A stretch of DNA of 63,678 nt, the filler included, from Kipferlia bialata (taxonomy: Eukaryota): the NCBI GenBank assembly GCA_003568945.1. It is 3 parts of 3 records of this genome, joined end to end, with 100 filler letters (N's around TTAATTAATTAA, not from the genome) between each part and the next. Parts side by side here need not be neighbours in the genome. Positions count along the whole stretch, not along the records: positions 1 to 24,520 come from BDIP01000224.1; 2 more parts are not named here. One strand, written 5' to 3'. Under the pieces are notes generated by a model, which worked only from the letters and a program-made list of their open reading frames with translations, had not been told where the DNA came from and did not search any database. Made by a program: the position numbers and the translations under genes. Below, piece by piece: positions 11,535 through 24,520 of this stretch. How positions within the stretch are numbered: the stretch's first letter is position 1; every line of letters starts with the position of its first letter.

Positions 11535-14500
11535 ATGGGCTACGAGGATCCGTCCCGACCTCTCTTTGTGCCCCCGGTCAGCACCGCTCTGAGGGTACCG
11601 TCCAGGAGCTGCACTGTGAAGGACTCCCTGTGGGGGGAGAGCAGTGGGTCCCCCCGGTTTGTGCCCCTGACCCCTATCAGTGAGAGGAGGGGGTCACTCA
11701 ATCGGGCGTCCACCCAGACTGACCCTCATGTGTCTCATCAGAAGGGGGTGCCAAGGCGGCCCAGCTTCCACATGCCCTCCCCACACCCCCAGCTGCACCA
11801 CAGAGACACCAGCCGGGGTGTGTCCCTGCCCCCCACTGCCAACAGACGCAGCCCCAGGGACGCTCTCATGACACACTCACCTAGACAGTCCAGCCACAGC
11901 CCCCTCAGCTCCCCGCTGTCCTCACCCAGACCCACACACAGCTCCTTTGCCAGGAGGCAGGGACAGACCCCAGGGTCCCAGCAGGCTCTGTCCATGCCCT
12001 CCAGTCGGGCCTGTATCCAGCGTCTGCCTAGGCGCATGACCAAGGATGAGCCGAAGCGGGGCTCCGTCTCCCTTGCCCACTCCCCCAGACAGTCTGTGGT
12101 GCCCCTCCCCCTCCCCCTGATGTCCAGCATAGTGCGCCAGAGCAGGTAGGGCAGACTACTATATAACTGATATGCAATGGGTATGACACTGGTATTGGCA
12201 CTTGCTATCGTATATGTGTATATTCACACTGACTGTACTGAATCTGACCCCCAGTGTTGTCAAGCGTGCCAAGGACAGGGCCAGGGGCCAGATCACAGGC
12301 AGTGGGGGCACAGACCCCCTTGATAGTCATGGTAGGAGGCATGGACACCACAGGAACCCAAGTGTGGGGGAGAGTGATGGCGGGGTCCAAGGGCAGTACT
12401 GCTATGACTCTGATGGGTCAGAGACAGAGGAGAGTGACTCAGATACGTCCGAGGGGGCATTTGGCACCATCAACCAGGTATCAGAGAGATATAGGAGCGG
12501 GTGTATATGGGAATGATGTGTGCAGTGTGTCTCTGACCCTCCAGAAGTACAGACAGAGTGTGGTTGCCCCTCACAAGTACTACACCACCCAGAAGCAGCT
12601 GAGTGTGAGTCAGGTCGACGGTATGACTCTCTTGGACGGGGCTCTCAAGGTATGATGCATCTCTGTCTAATACCGTACTGTTTGAGTCTCTAACATCCCC
12701 TGTCACTCACCCCTAGGCCAAGGCTGCCCTCGGTAGGGGTACCTATGAAGCAGAGATAGGAGACACAATTGAGACACATGCCGTGATCAGTCTGCAGGTT
12801 TGGCAGAACTCATACTCTTTCTCTCTACCTCCTTCTTCATGTGTGTGTCCCTCTCTCTTCTCTCCACTCATATGGCTGTGGTCTCTCCAACTCCCCCCCC
12901 CCGCCGCTACTCCCTGAGTTTTGACTCTCCCTATCTCCATATTCTCTATCCCTCTCTAACCCCCTAACCCCAGGGTGTTGTTGACTCTGCGACCATGGCC
13001 ATGCCCTCCTCCTCAGTGAGACTGTACATCCTGCTAGACACCTCCAGCAGCATGAAGGGATACAGGCTGGAGAGGGCGGTGGAGGCAGTGTCCCTCCTGA
13101 TAGACGACCTCAACCCCGGGGACTCCATCTCCATCATCACCTTCAGCGATGGGGCTGTGTGTGTGTGTGACAGCATAGTGAAGAGGGTGGCCAAGCAGGG
13201 GACAGGGGGGGCTAGGCCCAGAGACACCATGGCCACAGTCCGCAAGGCACTGCGGGGCATAGAGGCAGAGGGGTCGACTAACATGGCAGCTGGACTTGGA
13301 TTGGTGCTCAGACTGGCCCTGAAGAAGTACAGGGAGCAGGTATATGAATATGTATACTCTGATATTTCCAGGCTGACTGAGTCACCTGTCTCACCCCCAG
13401 GACAAGAACCATGTCCTGCTCCTGACCGATGGCCACCCTGACTCCATCAAGGGTCTGGTGGGTATGCTGAGAGAGGCCACGGATGGGGGGAAGGTGTCTC
13501 TCTCAGCTGTTGGTCTGGGGGCAGACTTCAACGAGGACCTCCTACTCAGTCTGGCAGGTATGTGTATGAATGTCTCTCTCTCTCTCCCCCTATGTTGTGG
13601 TCTTCTCACCCCCCAGATGCTGGCCGTGGTTCCTTCTACTTTGCCGAGTCTGCCGAGGACCTGAGGGACCAGCTCAAGGAGGAGATCGGGAAGCTACAGG
13701 TGAGAGTTGGATCTGACAATGTGAATATGATAGAGAGTCCGAATTAGTCTATTTCCCTGTTCTCTCTCACTCCCTCACCCCCAGGTCATAGTAGCCCACA
13801 ATGTCAGGGTGGGTGTCCGGTCCCGACCTGGGGTTGTGATTGACGACGTGTTTGGCTATCCCTTCAAGAGAGGGGGCCAGAACGGGTGGGGTGGATCATC
13901 CCCCCAGAGACCGCAGGGGTCTGCCCCAGCAGTGAGGCCTAGACACACCCTGCCGGACCCGATGCAGGACAGGGATCTGTTGACCCAGGTCGATGTGCAG
14001 ATTGGGGACGTCAGTGCCAATGACACCCCGAGGGATGTGCTGATTGGTGTCTCTTGGACTGTGACTGAGAACAGACCCGGCAGAGGGGGTGGGACAGGGC
14101 CAAACGGTGACACCAAGAGCCTTCTCGACATCAGGCTGGAGTACCACTGTCCCTTGACTGGGCACCATGTCAGCAGCCAGACACTGACTGCACTCATCCA
14201 GCCCAATAGGAACCAGTCCAAGGCATTCATACCAAGCAGCATCAGCAGTGCGGGGGCCCAGCAGGTACTAGTCAGCTACTCTGTATTTGGTGTATCCCCC
14301 CCTCTCTCTCTACCTTATCTTACGTCAGCCCGTGACCCAACGTACCAACGGTGTTGTCCGTGCTGCCCCAGCTGTAGATATGGTGGTATCCAAGGTGGCA
14401 CGGGCAGCGGTGTCTAAGGTAGGTTCATTGTATATATAGTATGTAATGTTGAATTGTATAGATGTATGTTTGGAGGTGTCCAAGGTGGCAAGGGGGGCAG

Positions 14501-14869
14501 TGTCTATGGTATGAGTTGTATATATGTCTGGTTTTGTGTGTATCATCTTGGCACATGTCATATCAGGTATTTAGAGTATTATCATTGTCACCCCCTCACC
14601 CCCAGGCCCTTGGCGAGTGTGCCATGGCCTTTACCAAGAGTGGCGACACCCTGGGTCTACAGTCACTGCAGAGACAGCTGGAAGTGCTGGGGGAGCAGGT
14701 ACGATACATGGATATGTCTATATGTCTACTTGTGGTATAGCAATACCCTTCTTAACCCTTAGGCCAATGCGGGTCAGGACGTGGCTGATCTGCTAGAGAT
14801 TGTGACCACTGCCATAGAGCAGAGCAAGATGGTGTTTGCTATCAACAAGGTGGGTGCCTCATTCACTAC

Positions 14870-14911
<42 letters not shown>

Positions 14912-14996
14912 CTAGTCCTCCCCCGAGTTCAAGAAGCAGCACTCAGTTCTGATGAAGAGACTCAAGCACAAGGCCCGCATCCTGGCCATGACGTGA
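11535..14996 (+). CDS. von Willebrand factor A domain protein with Ser/Pro-rich N-terminus
   Basis: MIDAS LYILLDTSSSMKG, SIITFSD, GSTNMAAGL, LLLTDGHP, AVGLGADFNEDLLLSLA|DAGRGSFYF. About 13 exons; stop TGA at 14994-14996. Confidence 0.8.
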
Positions 14997-15330
14997 CATC
15001 CCCGGGTGCAGTTTCCCTGTCACGTCTTGCATACAGTGTATGCATGAGTGTGGGGTCGGTGGTTGTGGATGTTGTTTCTATTATGAGGGCTGTCGGCAGT
15101 AGTTTGTATTGGTGTGTATGTAGATCTATGTGTAGTATGTATCATAGTGTTCCCGTCGTTGTTTATGACTCATTGGATTGTGGTGTGTGTGGAGTGATGG
15201 AATAGACCCAGCACACCGAGTGGTTACTATGCTATGAGGTACGCTAGATGCTCTATTATTGTTCTGGTGTTACCATTACACTAGGGACATCCCTACTTAC
15301 TAATGTGATACTAATGTCCCATGACACGCC

Positions 15331-16599
15331 CTAAGGCGACTTCTTGTGGTCAGGCCTCAGTGGCGACCTCTCTCCCTCTGTACCTGATGGACATCCCGAC
15401 ATCGAGTCTGACATCTCCTGTCCCTCCACATCTGTGTCCCGGTGTGTGTCTGGCTCTGCATGTTTGGACGAGTTGGCCTGGGACAGAGTGAACACCCCCC
15501 CTACTATGATGGCCAGACCCAGGGACTGGACCACAACGGTGGCAGTGGATACATCGGCCCACTCACTGAAGACCATGATGCCGCCTGGCAGTGAGGGGGG
15601 GTGGTATACATAGGTGTTGACACATCAGCTGACTACCAATAGATATCCATATATCCATATATATATATACATACACATTAGGTATCCCACCTATGATGGG
15701 CACCACCATCTGGGACACTGAGTAGATAGGGGCCACAACAATGGCCTCGGCATGTAGGAACCCTAGGGTCAGAGAGAGAGATGTATGACACGACATATAT
15801 ATATAGATAGAGTATGTAGAGGACCTTGGATCACTAACAAGGTATCAAAATTGCCAACTATACCTATGTTCTCGAGTGCAATGGCCCCCACCCCCCCAAG
15901 GGAGAACAGGAGGAAGCATGATATCTCCATGACCCAGTAGTTGTCCTCCCTGTCCTGACTTGATAGGAACAGCTGGGACAGACCCTTGGAGAAGGGGGTC
16001 TGGAAGAGGAGGGAGGTGCCTCCCACTATACCTGCACCCAGACCAAAGATGGGGCCAGCATATCTACGGGGTAAAGGTGATGATAGGAGAGACTGCGGTG
16101 ATGATTGCACAATGACAAAGTATGACTCCCTACCTGTAGTTGTGTGTGACACTCCACCAGCACGCTGCCCCAGTGCCTATCCAACCGACACCAAAGTAGA
16201 TGAGACCTGGATATGAGTATATTGACATGCATGTAAAGTTATAAGTATCAGTACCACGATATATATGATACTGACACCCACACCAAAGTAGATGAGACCT
16301 GGATATGAGCATATGAAACCAGTGTATGTACCATATATATATATATATATCTGACCTGACACCGATCCAAATGCATCCCAGTACCACGTGACAGAGTCCG
16401 ATCCACTCGGTATGTCGCTGTACTCTAGAGACATCACCACAACACCTAAGGTGAGGTCGACACAGGGTTGAAGAGATATCTACGCGATATGGGCCTCACC
16501 TAGAATGATGACTGCACTGGCCAGGTACTCTGGCTTCGAGACATCCTCATGGAGATAGAGCTTGCAGAACACAACAAGCACCACAAGACCCACGCCCAT
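15331..16599 (-). CDS. NIPA/DMT-superfamily (Mg2+ transporter-like) membrane protein, 3' part
   Basis: Multi-TM exons: MGVGLVVLVVFCKLYLHEDVSKPEYLASAVIILG; GFLHAEAIVVAPIYSVSQMVVPIIG|GIMVFSEW; GLAIIVGGVFTLSQ. 5' end is cut at polyG 16622-16649. Confidence 0.65.
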
Positions 16600-16621
16600 C
16601 TGAGAGTCAGAAGAGGGAGAT

Positions 16622-16649
16622 GGGGGGGGGGGGGGGGGGGGGGGGGGGG
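16622..16649. other. polyG junction, probable mis-join
   Basis: Two 5'-truncated genes (NIPA-like on -, RFC4 on +) diverge from this run with no room for their missing 5' halves. Confidence 0.65.
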
Positions 16650-16673
16650 AGGGGACAGGAAGAGACCCCCTAG

Positions 16674-17255
16674 ACAGGCCTGGCCTGTGTGTGACCTGTT
16701 GACCCAGATGAGTAAGGCCATCACAGACAGACCAGACGTCTCTGACCAGGCAAAGGTATGTACAGGGGCAGGTCATTATGCATTATTGAGTATTGAGTGG
16801 CACATTAACTATATGCTAACTCATGTGTCACCCAGGCCCTCATTGCCGTGAGGTGTATTAATGTCATGTTTCTTATGATTCTTAGACACTAGTATATGTC
16901 TATCGTCAGTATGTTATGTTCTCACCCATGTCTCACCCAGGCTCACATTGCCCTGAGGCTCTGTGCCAGTGACAGGTGTCTGTTGGACGGTGGGTGGATG
17001 TTATATGTGTATATACACTGTTAGTACCTTATACATATGTGTCCTTCATACACCCCTGAGCTCTATTACCGTACCCCACCTCCCGCCTGCTTATGCCTCA
17101 ATGCCCCTACCCCTTATCGTTGGAAGTGATACACCCTGGCACAGCTATCTATTCCCGTAGTTTACTGTATTACCGATACCCTGACCCCAGGCGCCTCTGA
17201 GCACCTGGCTCTGCTGGACGCATTCCACTTCATGAGCAGCAAGATGCGGCAGTGA
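16674..17255 (+). CDS. RFC4: Replication factor C small subunit (RFC4/yeast Rfc2-type), C-terminal exons only
   Basis: Exons 16674-16755, 16941-16989, 17191-17255 give QAWPVCDLLTQMSKAITDRPDVSDQAKAHIALRLCASDRCLLDGASEHLALLDAFHFMSSKMRQ*. This resembles the RFC4 C-terminus (SDKQK...DKCLADGADEHLQL) from recall. Confidence 0.7.
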
Positions 17256-17480
17256 ACACGGGGGGAGTGGGCAGTGGGAGTACAGGGAGAGAAGTCTTGA
17301 TTTCTTGTGGGTGTCGGTGCATTTGTAGCGGCCGATTTAAGTGGTGTATTGTGTTCTGTTTATGTTTTCGTGTTGTCAGTGATTGCTGTATCACTCCTCT
17401 CAGGGTCTCAGTAAAGTAACATGTGTCATTGGAAGTCGTGTGTGGACTAGTTATCATTCAAAGATTCAGAGATTCAAAGA

Positions 17481-17532
17481 TATATGTGCCATGGTTGGCT
17501 GCCTTATATATGTGCCATGGTTGGCTGCCTTA
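17481..17532. repeat. Perfect 26-bp tandem duplication (TATATGTGCCATGGTTGGCTGCCTTA x2)
   Basis: Read directly: 17481-17506 equals 17507-17532; intergenic. Confidence 0.9.
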
Positions 17533-17556
17533 TATTATTATCATCCTTGGTAGACC

Positions 17557-18222
17557 TTAGCTGCTGCGTCCCACCCCAGTCCCAGTGTACACATAATGCA
17601 GCATAGCACTCTTCCAGAAGCAACACTCAAAGAAATACAATGATTTACCTCTTGACCCTAGGAGAGTAGTCCAGCGCCGCAGACAGAATTCCACACTCCA
17701 CCACGCGATTGAACCAGATTTCATTGGAATCTAAACCAGCAGCCCGCCTCTGCTCCAGCTCATTCATGGTGTGCTGACGATCAGTTAAAGAAGAAGACAG
17801 AGTACTTGGGGATGTTCAAGGAAGGAAACAGCAGAGAACTATGCACTAGCCAACTCAACATACTCAACATCCTAAAAACATCACACCGTACCATATCTTC
17901 AACACTGAACACATGTGCCCTGTCGTTCTCGTGGTCGAGCTGAAAGAGCTCCAATTGCCTGGGAATCAGAAGGACAACAGAGTATTGAATTCAATAGAAT
18001 ACTATCTAATAGCGTTCACATACAAGTGCCCTACCTAAAATAGGCCTCCAAGTCTTCCTCAGATGGCATTTCGCAGCAGTCATCGTCAGAATACATAAAC
18101 CTGGAGTAAGAACTCAAACTGCACCTAGAACACTAATAAAGACTCGTTCTCCCGTTCTAAACACAATCTACGTACTCATGGAGCCTCCCTATGATAGCAG
18201 GATCCAGTCCCATCAATAGCAC
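17557..18222 (-). CDS. Possible small multi-exon hypothetical gene
   Basis: AG/GT-bounded segments read FMYSDDDCCEMPSEEDLEAYFR|QLELFQLDHENDRAHVFSVEDM|...NELEQRRAAGLDSNEIWFNRVVECGILSAALDYSPRVKR. Ends are uncertain. Confidence 0.3.
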
Positions 18223-18481
18223 CTAGTCCCTACAGAGAAGCAGTACATGCAGACCATCCACTGCTATTTCTTGGACAATTAGTAAATTAGACTCTAGAGA
18301 TCTTAGATCTACTAAGATCGATTCGGAGTCAAATCATAGGCCAGACCTTGACTCCAAATCGCTGCGAGACAACTCTCTCTATTTGTTACACAGGTCACTT
18401 CCCCATAGAACAAGGAGAGGGACACTGCTTGAGTGACCTGGGCTAGTGTGGGTACCCTAAGGGGATAGGATCCAGACAGAT

Positions 18482-19125
18482 ATGGACCTGGGCATGGACA
18501 GTGAGAGTGAGCAGAACAGTGAGGTTGAGGACAGAGACCCCAGGGCATCCTACTGGGACAGCCTCACCCTCGATGACGTCATAGGTATGGGTGGGTCCAT
18601 ATATATGTGTATGCGTCATTGAAAGGGGAGGCTGTGCATGCTTTGGACCCTGTCAAATGTCACTGGTACCGGTACCGTTTCACCTACCCTCTGTTCCACT
18701 GTCTATTTGATACTATATATACATATATATACATATATATACACATCGATATGGGTGTAAGTAGCGTGTATAGCCGGAATCTTTACCTCGTGATGACATC
18801 AGTAACCCCCCCCCCCCCCCTGTCTGTCTCTCGTCTCTCCTACATGATACTGTGATTAGCTCTCCCCCCTTGTCTGCCTTCAATACCCTCTCTCTCTCTC
18901 TCTCCCCCCCCAGGCACTGTGGACCTTGCCATGGACAAGACCAGTGCCGTGGTCAAGGACACTCTGCACAAGCTGGATGGGATTCAGGTGGGTGTGGATG
19001 CATATTCATGTCGGATGTGTGTATAGAAGATAGAGACAGAGACAGACACCCCTCTCCCACCCCTCAGGCAGAGATATCCCGTCTCTCCACCCCAGATGCC
19101 CAGGAGACAGCCAGGGTGCAGACAG
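18482..19125 (+). CDS. Hypothetical protein, 5' exons
   Basis: MDLGMDSESEQNSEVEDRDPRASYWDSLTLDDVI|GTVDLAMDKTSAVVKDTLHKLDGIQ|AEISRLSTPDAQETARVQT. Runs into a low-quality G/T/C homopolymer stretch at 19203-19275. Confidence 0.5.
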
Positions 19126-19293
19126 GTACACGCATGTGCATATAGATGTGTGTGTATACATTTGTGCATGGTCCCGCGCCACTGTCCAAGGCAGTGAGGG
19201 ACGGGGGGGGGGGGGGGGGGGGTTTTTTTTAAAATTTTTTTCCCCTTTTTTTCTCAAAATCCCCCCCCCCCCCCCTTCCACTCTAATGTCTAG

Positions 19294-20634
19294 GAGGACA
19301 GGGCTAAGTTTGCTGCCATGAAGAAGCTGGAGAGGGAGATCAAGGTATGCACCCCCCTCCCCCCTCCATCTCACTATGTATGTGTATATTATGCATCGCT
19401 TTCTTTATCCTTTACTCTAGCCCCCAGGAGCTCGCCAAGTATGTATTAGTGATCCTTAGTATATATGTACATAGTTGACCCCTAGGAGAGGGCAGCCGCT
19501 GCCAAGCCTGCGTCCAATGATATATTCATACGTATATGTATATATTCTTCATTATATATTTATATATACATATGCTGACCCCCAGGAGCGTGCCGCCGCT
19601 GCCAAGGCTGCGTCCAATGAGATTGCCAGGCAGAAGAGGGAGAGGAAGTACCAGGTATCAGTATCTATATCTGTATCTATATGACACTGATACTGATACT
19701 GATACTGATACCAGGCCCAGTTCCTACAGGTCGGGACACAGGTTGTCAGGAACAAGAACAAGGTATGGGAGTATATATGTAGTATATATGTATGTATATA
19801 TATAGTGTGTGTGAGAGAGAGATGGAGAGAGAGAGAGAGACTACAGGTTGGGACCAAGGCGGTCAGAACAAATAGTGTGAGAGTATATGTCCTTTGTCAT
19901 GCCCCCCCCCCATCCTTTCCTCCCCCCCAGCTGCCCCCCCCCCCCCTCCCTAACTGCTCCTCTCTATTATTATATCCCTCTCACCCCTCTCTCTCCTCCC
20001 TCTCACCCCCCAGCTGAAGAAGCTCTCCAGGAAGCAGAGGATCGAGATGAGGGAGAACGCCAGACTGCAGCAGGAGGCAGTGGTACGTATACATGTGTAT
20101 ATATACAAAGTTGATGTGTATCAATATATATGTATCCTCGTAATATGAGTCATATTTATGATTGTATGACCTCTGTAAGACTGCAGCGGGAGGCTGAGGT
20201 ACATAGACAGTTTATATGTATATCTTTTCCTCTACATCTTGTTTATATCCCTAATACACATGCCTCACCCCCCAGATTGCCCGGGATGCCCGGCGCAGTG
20301 AGAGGAAGGGCAAGCAGGAGAAGAAGAGGGCCCTGATTGCAGGTGCATACACTATATATACAGTACATTATAGGTATATATATATATATATGTATGTATA
20401 TATATGTGTGTGAATGTATATATGTTGTATGTTAGAGGAAGGGCAAGCAGGAGAAGAAGAGGGCCCTGATTGCAGGTACATTATATACATATATTCAATT
20501 ATTAGTATATATTTGTACACAGTGTGTAAGAGGAAGGCCAGGAGAAGAACGGTCCTGATTGTTCTTGTATACGTATTCGTTAGGAAGGCCCCTTACCCCC
20601 AGCTGCCAACGCCAAGAAGGAGAGCACACTCTAA
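19294..20634 (+). CDS. CCDC86/Cgr1-like basic coiled-coil nucleolar protein, 3' part
   Basis: EDRAKFAAMKKLEREIK|ERAAAAKAASNEIARQKRERKYQ|AQFLQVGTQVVRNKNK|LKKLSRKQRIEMRE... resembles the CCDC86 motif VQVIRNPAKLKR.KKKQLR from recall. Stop TAA at 20632-20634. Confidence 0.5.
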
Positions 20635-21040
20635 GCCGTCTGAACCCTTTCAACGTATGGGAGTCCAGCTGTCTTGTCGTATACTTGATGCCAGTTATCC
20701 GTCTGTCTTTTCTGTATTTCTTTGTTAGCCCCATAAATATGTTTCGTCAGACTTGGTTCTAGGCTAGTATGGGTACGATTAGGTATTGGAGACGTCAGTT
20801 ACTTCATATATACTATTCACCTACTCTTGAAACTTCCAACCACATACTAATACACTACAGTTTATCCTCTGATATGCCCCTCTAATTGGGGGTACCCACC
20901 AACCTAAACATCAGTTGGGGGGTCTCAAACACGAGTCTCTCTCTCTCTCTCTGACTCTCTCCTTCCTATACAATCACACTCCCACACATCGTGAATATCG
21001 AAACCTCTCTCTCTCTCTGTGTGTCTACACAACCAATCTC

Positions 21041-21258
21041 CTAGACCTGATCCTCTGCGTCTAGCAGTATGTCCATGTTGAAGTGGACTCCCAGGTCACG
21101 CTTGGATCCCTAGAGATAAGGGGGAGGGGGGGGAGAGAGAGAGAGAGAGAGAGAGAGAGATACACAAATTTTACACGCACTCTCTCAATATACAGATACA
21201 CATCACATGTACTTGAGGTGATGAATACCATGCCTCCTGGTCACCATCTTGATCTTGA

Positions 21259-21290
<32 letters not shown>

Positions 21291-23858
21291 AATATATATA
21301 CTCATAGTACCTGAGGTGATGAGTACCCTGCCTCCTGGTCACTGTCCTAATCACTCTCTCTCTCTCTATATATATTTATATATATTAATATACATACTCA
21401 TAGTACCTGAGGTGATGAGTACCCTGCCTCCTGGTCACTGTCCCCATCGCTATCTCTCTCTCTGCATATATATATATTAATACACATACTCATATTACCT
21501 GAGGGCTAGAGTACCCTGCCTCCTGGTCACTGTCCCCATCACACACACTCTCTCTCTCTATATATATACACACACACACATATATATGTATATACATGTA
21601 TATACCTGTGGCGATGAGTACGCTGCCTCCTGGTCACTGTCCCCATCACTCTCATGCTCATCATCAGTGTCGGGGGGACCACCTAGATGTTAGGGTATAC
21701 ACAAATGTATCTACGCACACATGCAGACTTACATATTCCACTCAAGTGTTATGGTTGAAGAAACATATATATAAGGAAACAATAACAGGTCTATGTCACA
21801 CTGGTTACATACTAAATGTACTCCTAACCTGCCACCACCGTGAGTGCCTGCAGCACCCTGTCTCTCTCTGCCCTGTCGGCAAAGGCTAGGAGGTACCTGG
21901 GATAAGACAAACCCGAATTGAATAAAAAGTAAAGTACATATGTATCAATACAAATCTAACCCCAAAGACCCAAACACATACTATCTCTGTACATAACTCC
22001 AAATAACGCAAATCATACCTCTTAGCGTTGAACACCCTGAGTGTTCCAAACTCTATGCCATAGGGCTGGGACCCATCGATGTCGGTGGCCTGGGGGTGAG
22101 GGGCAGAATACTATGATTGTGATTGACAGCTGTATGTTTACTATCATGCATCGATATACAATATTGAGTATAAGTATATATATTAGACAGAGAGATAGAG
22201 AATTTATATATCCGAACCTTTGGGTCATCGATCTCTGATACCAGGACCATGTAGAGCTCTGAGGCACTGCCGCCCTGGGGGTTAGTGGTAATACACGAAT
22301 AGTATATATATACAAATAGACAATATATCTACAAATATAGTACTATAACAGTATAACTGTAGAGCTCAGAGGCACTGCCGCCCTGAGGGGTCAGTGGCAA
22401 CACGAAAGCCATAAGATAGTGTGTATCAGGATCACTGACTCAGATACCACAAGTAAGTCCATATATACATATGTGTGCACTGCACCATACCTTGTATGCC
22501 GTCTCACTCTTGAACCACCTGAGACAGTCAGACGACAGCACAAAGAACCTGGGGGTGAGGGGAGGGGGGGAGAGAGATATATGATGAGAGACAGAGAGAG
22601 AGAGAGAGAGAGGGAGAGAGTGAGGACATATATCCACACACCTGCTCTGGAAGTGCTTCACCATCTTCCCCCCCATCTTGCCCGCACTGAAGGAGGTGAT
22701 GACAGACACGCCGTCGGTGCTCTGTCTACAGGGTGAGGGGGAAACATACATACACACTACCATGTAATATATATACGTATACTCATAATGAAAGAGGAGA
22801 GACATATTCTAATAGTAAGGTGGATACATATGCATGTTAGGCCCCCCAATGTCACCCACCTCAGCTCATTCTTGGGCACTGCCTTGGGGATGAAGGCAGG
22901 GACCTGGGGGTAGGGTATAATGGATGGATACACTTATATATATACATATATATATGAGAGGGTTGGGGATGAAGGCAGGGACCTGGGGTGGGAAATGGAA
23001 GATGTAGAGAGTAATATATATTGTAAGAGAGAAACCTAGGATACACATACACCACCCCATACCTCTGTGCGCGATGGGGAAGGTGTGAGGTTGGTTGAGT
23101 GGGGGAAACGGACGGAGGACTCTTGTACAACGCCCTGGGGGTGAGATATGGAATCATAATGTATATATGAATATACATATAGTCTACAGCTAGTATCAGT
23201 GCCTTAGCCAGTGACTCGTCCATCCTGGCCAGCACCGAGGACAGGGACACGTATATACACTTCACATAATGGTATATATATACATACTTTTGCTAGGCTC
23301 TCGTCCAGCCTGGCCAGCACAGTTATTGAGGACAGGGACAAGTATATATACAAGAGGACACAATGTATAATACACTTATATACCTTAGCCAGTGACTCGT
23401 CTAGTCTGGCCAGCACTGTGACAGACGACAGGGACATATACATAGAGTATACTATAGTATCAATATCTATATATTCTATACCTTAGCGAGACTCTCGTCT
23501 AGTCTGGCCAGCACTGTGACAGATGATAGGGACAGGTGCTTCTTGAAGGCAGGGCCTGGGTAAGGAGAAAGAGTGGGAGAGGGAGAGGGAGAGACAGAAC
23601 GCTGTGTCACATTGTGTACATACCCTGTGTATGTCCATCTCATACTGGTTAGACCACTCATATATACACACATATACACACACACACATATATATGTGTG
23701 TGTATGTCCATTCACACACTGTATCCTGCCATACCCTGTATGTGAATATCCATCTCATACTGGTTGGTCACCAGCTGACACTTGACACTGGGCTTCAGCT
23801 GGGAGGGACGCTTGACTACAATGGGGACCCTGGGGGTGAGAGTCTCTCTCTCTCAACA

Positions 23859-23892
<34 letters not shown>

Positions 23893-24030
23893 TACATATA
23901 CATAACGTACCTCACCACCGATCTGGACCCTGCCCTGACCTTGACATCCACACTACCCCTGCCCACACACCGCTTGAAGGTCCTGGGGGTGAGAAGAGGA
24001 GAATAATACTCATCTAGAAACTATGTACAT

Positions 24031-24063
<33 letters not shown>

Positions 24064-24510
24064 GGAGTAGATCCGCACTGCCCCTGCCCACACACCACTT
24101 GAAGGTCCTGGGGGGTGAGGTATGATGTTGCAAAGAGATAGGTAGTAACATATTCATAAATATGTAGAGTAGTCCACACCTACTCATCTTGTCTGCATGC
24201 ACTGTGGTTGATTATTCTCTCTCTCTCTCCATACACACATATATATACACCCTATACATTCATACATATCCCACCCACCTACTCATCTTGTCTGCATGCA
24301 CTGTGGCTGATCTCTCTCTCTCTCTCTCTATCTCTCCATATATAAATACATCCTACCCACCTACTCATCTTGTCTGCATGCACTGTGGTTGATCTCTACT
24401 CCCCCTCTCTCTCTCTCTCTCCATAAACACACACACACATATATATACCCTATATACTCATACACATCCCACCCACCTGCTCATCTTGTCTGCATGCACT
24501 GTGGTTGATC
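21041..24510 (-). CDS. PH-domain protein, 3' part
   Basis: AGKMGGKMVKHFQSR|FFVLSSDCLRWFKSETAYK and RYLLAFAD fit the PH beta1-beta3 and beta7 pattern. Last exon GSKRDLGVHFNMDILLDAEDQV*. 5' end is cut by the scaffold end. Confidence 0.65.
23203..23436 (-). repeat. Three intronic recoded echoes of the end of exon 23482-23555
   Basis: 23384-23436, 23288-23341 and 23203-23250 all translate to variants of LSLSSVTVLARLDESLAK followed by a GT or GC donor. Confidence 0.9.
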
Positions 24511-24520
24511 TCTCTCTCTC

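Noticed and set aside
23288..23341. Simple neutral tandem duplication as the sole origin of echoes
   Set aside because: 11 synonymous vs 1 conservative difference does not fit neutral decay. Secondary tandem duplication probably did amplify some units, e.g. 4165-4460 and 4737-5200 where intronic parts also repeat.
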